Notes under the pieces: model-generated
Database searches by the model: none
Told to the model about the DNA's origin: nothing
Seen by the model: only the letters and a program-made list of their open reading frames with translations
Program-made: the position numbers and the translations under genes
Part shown: one piece after another, positions 10,630 to 22,800 of the stretch
Layout of the letters: the number at the start of each line of letters is the position of its first letter
How positions within the stretch are numbered: the stretch's first letter is position 1
Source: a virus
Strand: one strand, 5' to 3'
Length of the DNA stretch: 64,000 nt
IMG/VR virus record: IMGVR_UViG_3300025652_000043
Location: 1 to 64,000 of that record

Positions 10630-12015
10630 ATGAAAAGAAAAAGAAAACAATATAGATTGGGTGGTACAATCAAAAGACATATAAAGTCTCCTGATGAGGC
10701 TATAAGAGAGAACCAAATTAGCATGGCTAAAGCTGATGAAAAGATTGCAAATAATCCTTTTATTCAAGGTATGGATATGTTTGGAGGGTTAGCTATGCAA
10801 GTAGGTATGAGTATGATGGGTGGAGCAGGAAAGGCTGAAATGATACCTGAAAATGAAATACAAGACCAATTGAATGAAGTTATAGGTGTTGATATAAATG
10901 CAATGAAAGCAGATGATTATGATACTGAATGGGTTGCTAAAGGTACAGGTGCTCAAGGTACTAAAGGTGTTCAAATCAATGCTGAAGATGGAGAGATGCT
11001 TGAGACACCTGATGGAGATGTTGCAGAAATAAAAGGTAAAAAGCATACTGAAGGTGGAGAAGACTTAACATTACAAGAAGGTACTTTAATATTTTCTGAC
11101 CAAATTAAAATTGCAGGTAAAACTCCTGCAGACAGAAAAAAAGATAGAGAGAGTAAAATGGACAAAGCTTTAAAGGCTTTAGAAAAAGACAGTACAGATG
11201 GGATAGCTAAAGAAACTTATGCAAGAATAAAAAAGATTAATGAGATTGAGCAAGAAGCTGATTTAAAAGTACAAGCCATGGCTAAAGGAATGGATGAAAT
11301 TTATAAAGCTACTTTTGGTACAGGAGGAGAAGGAATACAATCTTTTGCCAAAGGTACAGATGAAAAAGGTATTCTATGGGGAGGTATCAAAGATTTCTTT
11401 GGTGGCTTTACAGGTGGAGATGCTATGTCATTAGCAGGTAATCTTTATACTGGAATGTCTGCAGTAAAAAGTGCTAAAGCCAATGCAGCTACAAATCAAC
11501 TTAATGTTAATCACATGCAAAGTGTAGGAGATGAGTCAATAAGAACTATGGAAGATGCACAAGGAGCTTTAGCAGGACAACAAGAGATTGCAGGACAGAA
11601 GATAAAGAGAGCCAGAGACACCTCAGCAAAAGATGTTGCAGGAAGGTCTAGAAGTATAAGTACATATAATGCAAACATGTTTGGTGTAGATGAAAATGCT
11701 AATAAAGCTATGACAGATTTATATAGTAATTTTTCTAAAGTTATGATGGATAGTATGACGCAAAAAGCAGGTATGCAAGGTAAATATGATGCATTAGAAA
11801 GTCAAGGTGCAGAAAGAGCTGATATTGCAAATAGAATGGATAAAGATAATGCTCAAACTCAATTAGGTGTTGCAAAAGAAACTATGGGGAGAGCTATTCA
11901 AATGACAGGTAAAGACCTTAATCAGAACAAAGAGAGTAGATATTTAAATAACTTAGCACAACAACTATCTAAGTATGGTCTATCAATAGATAAGGATGGT
12001 AATATAAGCAGTTAA
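10630..12015 (+). CDS. Ejected cargo/internal virion protein
   Basis: INAEDGEM...KGKKHTEGG...IFSD motif, Gly/Ala/Met-rich membrane-like segments; first gene after the muzzle, as in crAss-like phages. Confidence 0.6.
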   Translation: MKRKRKQYRLGGTIKRHIKSPDEAIRENQISMAKADEKIANNPFIQGMDMFGGLAMQVGMSMMGGAGKAEMIPENEIQDQLNEVIGVDINAMKADDYDTEWVAKGTGAQGTKGVQINAEDGEMLETPDGDVAEIKGKKHTEGGEDLTLQEGTLIFSDQIKIAGKTPADRKKDRESKMDKALKALEKDSTDGIAKETYARIKKINEIEQEADLKVQAMAKGMDEIYKATFGTGGEGIQSFAKGTDEKGILWGGIKDFFGGFTGGDAMSLAGNLYTGMSAVKSAKANAATNQLNVNHMQSVGDESIRTMEDAQGALAGQQEIAGQKIKRARDTSAKDVAGRSRSISTYNANMFGVDENANKAMTDLYSNFSKVMMDSMTQKAGMQGKYDALESQGAERADIANRMDKDNAQTQLGVAKETMGRAIQMTGKDLNQNKESRYLNNLAQQLSKYGLSIDKDGNISS

Positions 12016-12026
12016 TACAAAAACAA

Positions 12027-13835
12027 ATGGGAAGATTTTATAAAGCCACTCCTGGTCAATTCATAGAGGACAAGATGTTTCAAGTTCCTTTTAAAGAAAT
12101 TGCAGCAGTGATTGGCAATATTGACAAGAATATTGATGAAACTTATGATGAAGGTAGGGAGATTCAAAACAGTTTAGATTCAGAAAAATTAGACATTGAT
12201 GACCCTGCAGTTTCAGCTAGATACCAGCACTATGATAATTTAGCTGAACAGAGTGCTATTGCTATGGACAAAGACCCATTAAGTTTTAGAAAACAAATAG
12301 GCAAACTTAGAAGGACTTCAAGGGAGTTAGCTACAGAAATGAAAACAGGTGTTATAGGTAGAGCAGAAGAGCAACACACTGATTACTCTAAAATCACTGC
12401 AGATACTAAAGAGAGAAAAGACTTAAAACAAGAGACTAAAGACTTATATGATAAAGTTTTATTGGAAGACTATGGTGGATTGCAGTATAATTCAAAAACA
12501 GGAGATTATAGAAAAGTTAAAGATTATGAAAGAGATTTAATTCCTGAGATTGTTGATGAAAATGCATTTATTAATGAAGTAGCAAATGGTTTTGAATTTC
12601 ATTCTCAAGGTGGAGGAGGTTCATGGGTAAGTAAAATTAAAGGTATTGATAGTGATGTCATTAAAACTAGTACTACTAATAAAACTGTTAGGAGTGCAAC
12701 AAGAGTTAGAAACGTAATGAAATCTTCACTAGCTGCTGTTAACTATAGAGGCAGTAGAGAACAATTTTATGAAATGCAACAAGACCTTGGAGAGTTAGAA
12801 CCTACTTATAATGAAGAAGGTGTATTACAGACTCCAGAAGATTTAGCTATAAAAGATGAAACTTCTTTAATAGAAAGAGCTGTGGATAAAATTGAAGGTA
12901 AAAGAGGGCATACAAATGTATCTGTTAAAAGTGTATCAAGTGTACGAGGATCTGATGACCCAAGCAAAATATATGATATTGATAAGAAAGTAAATAATAT
13001 TGGTGATTCTAAAACACAAGCTGAAACTAAAGCAATAAATACTAAACTTAGTGGATTAATGAATCAAGGGTTTATAGAGGGTGGATATGGTTCATTACAA
13101 GATTTAATTTTAGGTGCACAAGGAGAGGGTACAACTGACCCTACTACTGGAGAAGCAAGGACTTATACAACAGTGTTTAATGATCTACAGAAGTCAGGAG
13201 AATTTACAGGTGCTGGTGGATTAAATGCGTACAACACATGGATGAATAATATACTTGCATCAGAAACAAACAGAAATTCTGCAGATGCTTTACCTTACAT
13301 AGCTGCTTATAACAGCTCTGAACAATCTCAAGATGAACAGATTTATACAAGGGATTCTAATAACAACAGAGTACTTACTCCATATAAGAATAGAGCACAA
13401 TTTATTGAAGAAAATAGTAAGGGAGATTATGTAGTAGTACCTATCTCTGCCACAGAAACTTCTAAAATACCTACTTATACTCAAGACTCAAGTGGTGCTT
13501 ATCTTGATAAAGAAGGTAATCAAATTATGGTTGGAGGTGTTCCAGCAAGAGGAGAGGTGACAGATTATATTAGAGGAGAAGCAGGTAAAACTTATAAAAC
13601 TTCAGTAGCTCATAATATAGATGGTAATTCTTTTAAAGTTAAAACCCCTGAAGAGTTTAGTTTACAAACACAAAGGTCAGTTGACAATATGGGTGGATTT
13701 TCTAGTAAACAAAATCTTGTACATAACCCACAATGGGTAAGATTGAATACAAAAACAGGTGTATATGAAACTCTCTCTGTTGATATAGTAGTTCCTGCAG
13801 ATAGATTTACAATAGCAAATAAAAAAACAGAATAA
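12027..13835 (+). CDS. Ejected cargo/internal virion protein
   Basis: 602-aa ORF between the first cargo gene and the vRNAP; call rests mainly on synteny. Confidence 0.5.
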   Translation: MGRFYKATPGQFIEDKMFQVPFKEIAAVIGNIDKNIDETYDEGREIQNSLDSEKLDIDDPAVSARYQHYDNLAEQSAIAMDKDPLSFRKQIGKLRRTSRELATEMKTGVIGRAEEQHTDYSKITADTKERKDLKQETKDLYDKVLLEDYGGLQYNSKTGDYRKVKDYERDLIPEIVDENAFINEVANGFEFHSQGGGGSWVSKIKGIDSDVIKTSTTNKTVRSATRVRNVMKSSLAAVNYRGSREQFYEMQQDLGELEPTYNEEGVLQTPEDLAIKDETSLIERAVDKIEGKRGHTNVSVKSVSSVRGSDDPSKIYDIDKKVNNIGDSKTQAETKAINTKLSGLMNQGFIEGGYGSLQDLILGAQGEGTTDPTTGEARTYTTVFNDLQKSGEFTGAGGLNAYNTWMNNILASETNRNSADALPYIAAYNSSEQSQDEQIYTRDSNNNRVLTPYKNRAQFIEENSKGDYVVVPISATETSKIPTYTQDSSGAYLDKEGNQIMVGGVPARGEVTDYIRGEAGKTYKTSVAHNIDGNSFKVKTPEEFSLQTQRSVDNMGGFSSKQNLVHNPQWVRLNTKTGVYETLSVDIVVPADRFTIANKKTE

Positions 13836-13836
13836 C

Positions 13837-16800
13837 ATGGATGATATTTTTGAAGAAGAAAACCTATTAAAACATGGTTACAAAATTTCACCTTTTGGTG
13901 CTGCTTATTCTGATTTACAAGGTAATTATCTTGAAAGTATCACTATAGATGGACAAACTAAAAGTTCACTCATAGATAAAAAAGAATATACAAGACTTTA
14001 TGATGAGCACTATAACTTACAAAATTCAGGATATAAATTTGACCCTTATAGTGGAGTTCCAGAAAGCAATCAAAAACAACAAGGTTTAGCTAAAATGTAT
14101 GCTGAAGAGTTTAGAAAAGATGCTGCAAATGCTGTTATACCTATTGAAGTAAAAGAAAGTGAAGAGTTTAAAGAAACTTTTAAAGAAGAAAGTAAATTAA
14201 AAGAGGAACAAGGTGAAAAAGTTTACCCAACTGTAGAAGCACAAGAGGAAGCAGCAGAAAAGGGAACTATGTATGAAAGTTTCACTGAGGAAGATATGTC
14301 AAAAGAAGACAAATCAGACCTCAAATCTTTAATGGCACAAAAAGAAAAATTACTAGAAGAAGACCCTGATTTTGATGCAGAATCTGCACAATCTATTGAA
14401 GATAGAAATAAAGAGGCAGAGCAATATGGTAAATATAATCCTATACAAGTATTTGCAGGTCTTCAAAATATTATTGATTCAGCTATTGCACAAGTAGTTC
14501 CTACAGGAACAGGAATGAAATCTGAAGAAAATAAATTAAAACTAGAAGAATTAAATAAAGAAATAGCAAGTAAAAAAAGAGGATTTGTAGCTAATAGTAA
14601 ACAAAGACTTAAGGGTTCAATAGCAGATATTGAACAAAGAAGAGAAGAACTTAATACTTTAGCACATCCACAAAAATCTACTAGATTAGACTATGCACAA
14701 AAAATTCTTGAAGAAACTTTATGGACATTAGAAGACCATGAAAATAATTCTTGGATGCCACAAACTGTATTTTCTATGTACAATGCTATTGACCAAGGTA
14801 CTAGAGGTATTGTTGGATTAGTTTCTGAAGTTCCTACAATATTACATTTGAAATATGATGCAACTAATGATAATGATATTGATGAAAGTCAATTTCTTGT
14901 AGCTGATGCATTAAGAATGAGACAAAAAGTTACTAATGCCAATTTAAATCAAAGTGATGCTCATAAATTTATTATAGGAATAAATGAGTCTCTTAAATTT
15001 GTTGGCTTTTCTAAAGTAGGTAGAAATGCAGGTACAACAGTAGCTAATAACTTGTTAGCTAAAGGTCTTCCAAAAGTTACAACTAAATTAGGTAAAAAAG
15101 CAGTTAAATGGGGGTCTGATCTTGCAGGATTTGGTACTCAGTTAGTTATGCATCCTAGTACTTATTATTCCTCAGCAGATAGATATGCAGGAGATATTAC
15201 TCTTGATGAAGAAGGTAATATTATTACTGATTTAAAAACAACTAGGACTCTTTTAAGAGAGTTAAATGAAAGTCTTGAATTAATTGCTGATGAGCAAAGT
15301 AAAGGTGAAAACTCTGTTTACGATAAAACACAATTAGATATAAATAAAGGTATCATAGAAGATGCTATAGAAAAAGCAAAAGCTAATGCTCCTGCAGGGT
15401 TAGTTGAAGCTTTTGCATATGGTTTAACTGAAACAGGAAAAGAATTATTTTTTGAAACTCAATTAACTAAAGGTTTAAACTTTTTAGGGTCTAAACTTAA
15501 AAAAATTCCTAGTTTAAGTAAATTAGGAAAAAATATAGATGATATTTCTGCAGTAAGTAAATCTAAAGGAGCAATGGATGCTCAAAGAAGATTTGCAGGA
15601 GTGTCTAATACTGGTACTAGAGTTATTGGGAATTTACTTGAAGAAGATTTAGAAGAAGTTGCTGTACAATTAACACCTACAATTGGAGAACTCAATTGGG
15701 AAGATTATAAAAGACAAGCTAGTGAAGTTCTTACGTTTGATTTTCATGCTAAAGTATTAGCTCAAACTTTTGTGATGAATAAGGGTTTCCAAGCTTTAGG
15801 TAAAACTAATGAATTTTTAGATGACCATTCTTGGAGAAATAATTTTACTGCAATGATAGCTGCTGGTAAAAAGGGGGTCACTAAATTTGATTATGTTGCT
15901 GAAAGAAAAGCAGCTTATGATAGAAAGGTATTTCTAAAAACATCTTTCACTAAACTTGGAGATGCTTCTAGTAGAGTAATTGCAGAAGATATCTTAATGA
16001 AAACAGGTGAAGGCACAATCACCATACAAGATTATCATAATAAAATTTCTGAACTTAATAGAGCTGGAGACCCTATAGGTGCTATGGAACTTAAGAGAGA
16101 TTTATTACGTAAACAAGCTATACATGCAGCTAATTCTGGAGCTACTAAAGAATTCTCATTAGCCTTAAAAAAACTTTCTCTAAACACAAAAGTAGATGGG
16201 CAAACAAGACAGCTTGCAAAAGATATGTTGGAAGAAGCTAATGACATTCAAAATGATGTAAGTACCTATCCAAATTCAGAAGAAATTTTAGATTATAAAT
16301 CTAAATTAAAATATTCCTCCAAAACTTTAGAAGAAGTGGAAATGGCACAACTTAAAGTGCAATTTGATGATATGTATGAGAATACTAGAAATCTTGAAGA
16401 GGAGTTAGCCAAAGAAGATTTGACTTTACAAGACTTTTCTTCAAATGAAAAAGTAGAAGATTTTGATGCAAAAGTAAATAGAGTTGTTGAAAATTTAAGT
16501 GAACATGAGATTCAATTTCTTAAATTAGAAACTGTAAAAACCACTCTTAAAAATTCTCAAAAACAAGTAAATAAATTACTTAAAGATGCCACTTCTCCTG
16601 AAACTCAAGCTATTATACATGAGAGAGGTAAATATTTTAAAACTATTGATGAGGTTAATAGAAGATATTTTAATGGAAAAATGACTGCAAGTGAGTTTAA
16701 AAAACTTGTAGCTCCTACATTAGAAAAAAGAGGAGTAAGCGGAATTTTAAAAGGTGGAAAATTAGTTGAGATAAATAATAATATTTATAAGGCTAAAAAG

Positions 16801-19800
16801 AAAGGTGAAATACAGGCTCAAGCTATAAAAAGTCAAAGAACTAAACTTAGAAAACAAGCTGAACAAGAGGCTAAAGACCTTGCACAACCAGTAGAAGAGA
16901 AAATTGAAATAGTAAATGATGTAATTGAAGAACAAAGGGAAAATTTAAAAAAAGCACAGGAAGAGAATGATGTAGAGGGTATTAAAAAAGCAACAGACTT
17001 GTTAGAATATTGGGCTATAGAAGTAGCTAAATTAGAGAAAGAGGGAAGTACACCTGCTGAAGTTGAAACTAAGAAAGCTAAAATAGAGGCTGAAAGACAA
17101 GCTGAGTTAAAAAGAATGACTTTTAATGAACTTTTTGAACTTTTTAAAGGGCATCAAGTGGGACTTATAGGTAATAAAAAAGAATTAGAGGGTGATACTT
17201 TTAGGATAATAGACACAGTTAAAGAAGGAAAAGAAGTTGTAATAGAGAGACAAAAACCTGATGGCACTATTAGTTCTTTTGGAATACCAGTTGGAAAAGA
17301 TTTTAAGAAATTTGAAGAAAAATATAAAGATGTTGAATTATCTATAGAAGATATAAATAAAAAATATGATGCTGAAGTAGCTACTTTAGAATCTCAACCA
17401 ACACAACAAACTAGTGAGGTTAAAGTTACACCTGCTGAATCTATTGTACAACCAGTAGAACAAAAAACAGATGAACAAAAGAAGTATGAAGCTTCTTTAA
17501 ATAAAACTGCTGAAGTTATAGATACTGTAATATCTCAAGAAGCAGACAGTAAAATTCAAGTTAATGATAAGGATGAGATAGATTTTAATGACATACAAGA
17601 TTTTGATTTACCTATTGAACAGGAACATGAAGAAACTGTTGAAGCTCTTAAATTATTTGCACAAGAGTATGAAGCTGTTTACAAAGTAAAACCAACATTT
17701 AAAGATTGGTGGGAAGCTACTATTGAAGCAGAAGATGGTAATATTTATGTATTTGATAAGAACTTACTTGAGTGGACTGCTGCACAGTGGAATTTTGCTA
17801 AACTAGGAAATAGTAATTGGCAAAAAGTATGGAAAGACAATTATACAAATAATTCTAAAATAAGAGTTAGATTTAAAAGTATAAGAGAGGCTTATAGAAG
17901 TAATGAAGAACTTGCAAAAGTTAATACTGAAATAGTAAAAACTCCTATAGTGACTTCTAATACTCCAAAGTCCCCTGCAACTGGAAATCCTATGGCTCTT
18001 GTTTCAGGAGATGTCACTCCAAATGTTGGCAAGACAATGACAACAAATGTTAAAGGAAATTTTAGTGCTATTAAATATCAAAATGAAAAAGAAGAATCTG
18101 GAGAAATCACTGTATACACTAAAGAGGATAAAAATAAAGAGATTCCTCAATTAAATGAAAATACACCTTTAGAAATTAAAGAACTTTTACACCCTGATAA
18201 TCTTAATCCAGGGGATAAAGTTAACATTAGAGTAATTGATGAAAGTGAATGGTCTACTATTCTTGTGAATATATATAATGATAAAGGTATAATAGACAAG
18301 AGAATCTCTTTTCAAGAGTGGTATGACACTAATTCTAAAGAATGGTTGAAGGATAATAAAGGTAGTACACTTGAAGATTTTCAAAATAGTGAACTTTTTA
18401 TTTCTAGGATACCTATGTTTTATACTAATCCTGCTACCAACAATGATGTTATGTTTGTTGCTGATACAGCTTGGTATAATCAGTACAGTATGGGAGACCC
18501 TGATACTGATAATAAAGTAATAGATTTAAATAATCCATCTAGCACAGTACAAGAATCTGTAAAATTAGGTAAAAAGAATGCTTTACAGTTAAGACAAGAT
18601 GTTATAATAGGGGAAGTTACAGAAGGTATTATAGAAACCAAAACAAGTGGTTTTGCTCAAAAAATTCCTGGTAATTTACCAGTTAAAACTTTATGGGAAG
18701 TAGCTAGAGATAATCAAATAGTATTATTTGATGGTTCAGATTTTGTAGATTTAGAAGGTAATACTATAAATACCAATACTCATGTTATACTTAACATGGA
18801 TAAAGTTTTAGAAAATTTCCAAAATGCAGGATTTAATAATGGAACTAAATCTACTATGCAATCTATGTATTTATCTCCTGATCACAAGACTACAGAAAAT
18901 GGAGAAGTAATACAACACTACAAAGCTTTTATGGTTCTTAGAACAGATGAAGGTGGTAGGGAAAAACAAGCTATGCGGGAAGATGTAGAAACTGCAAAGC
19001 TTATATTAAGTGCACATGAAGCTTTAACTACTAAAGAGACAGTAAATGGTATAACTTATGAAAAAGCCTTAGAGCTTAGAGATATGTTATTAGACAACAG
19101 TGATGTTGCATTAAACATAGCTGAAGCTGAAGATGCATATGGAATGGTTAGAGGATTAGTTGCCTTAGAAACTACTAATGGATTAATTGATTATCCAAGT
19201 TCAGGAGGAAATAAAAAATATAAAAGTTTTTTAACTAAACTTCTTGAAGACAAGTTAAAGGTTATTCAAAACACTTCTAAAGATGTCCCAACTGCCAGAG
19301 GAATTTCAATTAAAAATAATGATGGTACTTTTAAAGTTGAAGTTAAACCTTATGTAGACTTCTTAAAAACTAGACTTTCTACTAATATTATGAGTTATAA
19401 TATGGGTACAGAAGAAAATTGGGCTTCTACCCATAATATTCAACCTATTATTAAAATTAATCCTGTTAGGTCTGAAGAGGTAAAATCTATACAAGAGAAT
19501 CAACAAGTTGTAAATGAAACTCCTACAGAAACTAAAGTAGAGGACATTAAAGAGGATGTTGCAAAAGCAAGAGAACTAGAACAGCTTAAGGAATTAGACA
19601 AGGAAAAAGACTCTTTCTTAGCAAGTATCAATGCTTTAAATGAGACTACCCCAAGTACAGATGAACTTTCAGATGAAAGTTTACCTGAAATGGATGATGT
19701 TACTTTAATAAGAGACTCTCTTAAAACTATAGGGGATCTTGCTGCTAAAGACCAAAGAGATATTATACAGTTTCTTAGAGATTCTCTTTCATTAGTTGTA

Positions 19801-22800
19801 GGAGTGTCTAAAAAAGATTATAAAAGAGCTGCAAATAAGTTTTTTAAAGATACTTATGTTCCTACACTTGAAAAATGTAAAGAATATATTGAAAAGTATG
19901 AAGGTTTTCATAAAACTTTTCCTGATGATAAAGGTGTACAAGCTACTTTATCTACCTTAAGGTCTCAAGAAATAAATTTTGAAAATATTCTAAAGAATGA
20001 AGAGGCATTTTTTGATAAAGCTTATGAAGAAGGATTAAAAAAAGGTAATATTAAAGATTTAGAGGACACTGATGACACTATTAAAAAGGAAGACTTAGAC
20101 CATAATGAAGAGGAGTCTTTAACTAGAAATTTCTATAGAAGTTCTAATGAAGATATACATAAAGAAAAAATAGGAGCTAAATTAAAAAGAGTTTTTACAG
20201 GAATACCTACAGGTGAAAAAGGTTTTATGGGTACACCTTTATATGAAGATTTTGATATGATTTACAATTTCATAGCTACTTATATCTCTAGTCCATTGCC
20301 TACTGATCCATCTTTTAATGAAATGGTTAAAAGACTTAAACTTATTGAAGCAAAAGTGCCATGGATGAAAGAAGTTATAAAAAGGTTAGAAGAGTCTCCA
20401 CAAGATACTAAAGCTAGTTTTGTTAGTAATATGTATAAATACTCTGCTAATGCAAAATTTGTAATGTTCAATAAAAACAAAGAAAAAGGTATTGAGTCTT
20501 CTTTATGGTTTAGTAATAGAAACAATCATATAAGAAAAATCAAAGAAAGTTGGAATGAAAATTTTAAAAGAAGTAAAATAGTTAAAGGCAATGTACTTGA
20601 TAAGAAAATATTAAGGGGTTTAGCAGAGCAATATGAATCTTGGAATCCACAAAATAAACATTCTGAATCTGATGAGGTATTAAAAGATTGGTTAGCTGCA
20701 TTTGGATTAGAGTTTTCAGATGGTACATGGGAAGACATAAAGCTTGGAAAACTAGTGTTAACTCATAAATCAGGTAGTAAGCCAATTAGTTTTGAGAACC
20801 TATTTAAACCTACATCAAAAGGTAGAAATTATCAATTATTTGATTCTTTATATAAATATGCTAGAGATAATTCTAAAAAAGAAGGAGATTTAGATTTTAC
20901 TGAAAATGCAAAACTCTATCCTTTAGAAGACTTAAGCACAACAATAAAAGGATTACTAGATTTAGAAGTGCTTTATAATACTTCTACAAAAAGTATTACA
21001 AGAAGAGATGGTGGAAAAACTGTTAGTGAACTGGTATATCCTAGTTTTTTCTTAGATACTATGAGAAATCTAATTAGTTCTGCAAATGATACTGAAGGTG
21101 GACATCAATATATTAAGGATTTGATGAATATACCTTTTAGTGAGAATTCAATGATACTTGAATTATTGCTTAAAAATAAAAACTTTAAAGATATCTTTTC
21201 TTATGGTGAAGTTGGATTAATGTCACTTAGAAATCAATATGAAAAACCTAATGACTATGCTAAAATAGAAGACTTATCTCCAATTGACTATGTATTTCAT
21301 CAGATGGCTATGTTTCAAGACATGAAAAATGAAGAAATTTCAGCTACTAGAAAAGGTTTTAAAATGAGAGTGGGAACAGTATCTACTCCTACCAGTTCAG
21401 ATAAAGGTAGAATGATGTTACTTAAAACTGCTGTATATGATTTTTTCAAAACTGATTTAGCTTTTGAGGGAGATGATTTTAAGTTTACTAAAAGGCTTAA
21501 AGAAGTCTTATATGCAGATTTAATTGAACCAGAATTAAATAGAAAAGTTCAACATACTACTCAAGATGTTAAGAAATATAATATAGGTGCAATGAGGTTT
21601 AATAATATGCCTTCACTTAATTATATGGTTAATTCTGAAGGACTTACTGTAGAGAAATTTTTTGAAAACATTGAAGTTCGTACTGAAAAAGGAGAAAATT
21701 TAAGTTCTGAAGAAATTAAAGCAGAATTTAAACTTCAATTTTTTACAGAAGCTACCAATATTCTTGAACAATCTATAAACTCAGAGGTAAATAGTGAATT
21801 AAAAGACATACAAGAATTTGAAGCCAGCAATGACATTAATTCAAGTAAAGACGGAATTAATAGTACAACTTATTTAAATAGAAAAGACCCATTAAATGAG
21901 AGTGACTCTGCTATGCAGAAGAAAAGAAGAGCAATGTTGGATTATGTAATAAATTCTAACATAAGTAATATGAATATTATGCAAACTATTTCAGGTGACC
22001 CTGCAGTTTACTATAATTCTAAGGTTACACCTTCAATAAAAGAGACACATGATTTATCTTCTAAAGAATTAGGAGTGAATATGGGTAAGAGACTTGCACT
22101 TATGATTGCTCCTGGTGTTGCTTTATCTAATTCACATAATGAACAGTATATTCAAATAATGTTAAAAGATAATGATATAGTAGCTCCAAATATAGAGTTA
22201 ATTGCAGGCTACCATTATGGAAAAAGTATACTTAAAAAAACTTATGAGAAAGAAACTTATAAGGTAATTATGGATAAGATTGCTACTGGAGAATATAAAA
22301 ATGATAGCCCTCAATATGAAGAAATAAAGAAAAAATTACCTAAAATAGCACCTTTTTTAAGTATTGAAAATACTGATGCACAGGAATATACAACTCTTGC
22401 AGAGCATTTAAGAGTACTTAAAGGTTTGGGTAGAATAAATAAAGAACAAGAAAAAAATATTTTAGATAACAAGGATAATTTATCTGAAGCTGATATGTCT
22501 TTAATTCTACAACCTATGAAACCTGTTTATACAGGGGAGATTATAGAAAGAGATGAAAAAGGTAAAGTAATGTTTAAGAGAATGGTTTATATTAAATCAT
22601 CTTCATTTCCTTTAATACCTGAATTAATTAATGGTACTCCTCTTGAAGGATTGATGAATACCATGAATGAGATTGAGAAAAAACAAACAAAATTTAATGG
22701 TGGTAAATATGTTGGAGTTAGAGCTTCCTATGGTAGTGCAAATAAATTAGGCTCTACTGAAAGAGAAATAAATCCTACATCTGAAACTGATTTGGCTACA

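Noticed and set aside
17408-17422. AAACTAGTGAGG inside the vRNAP gene resembling the early promoter motif
   Set aside because: Lacks the GGTnTTG half at the right spacing and is intragenic; likely chance.
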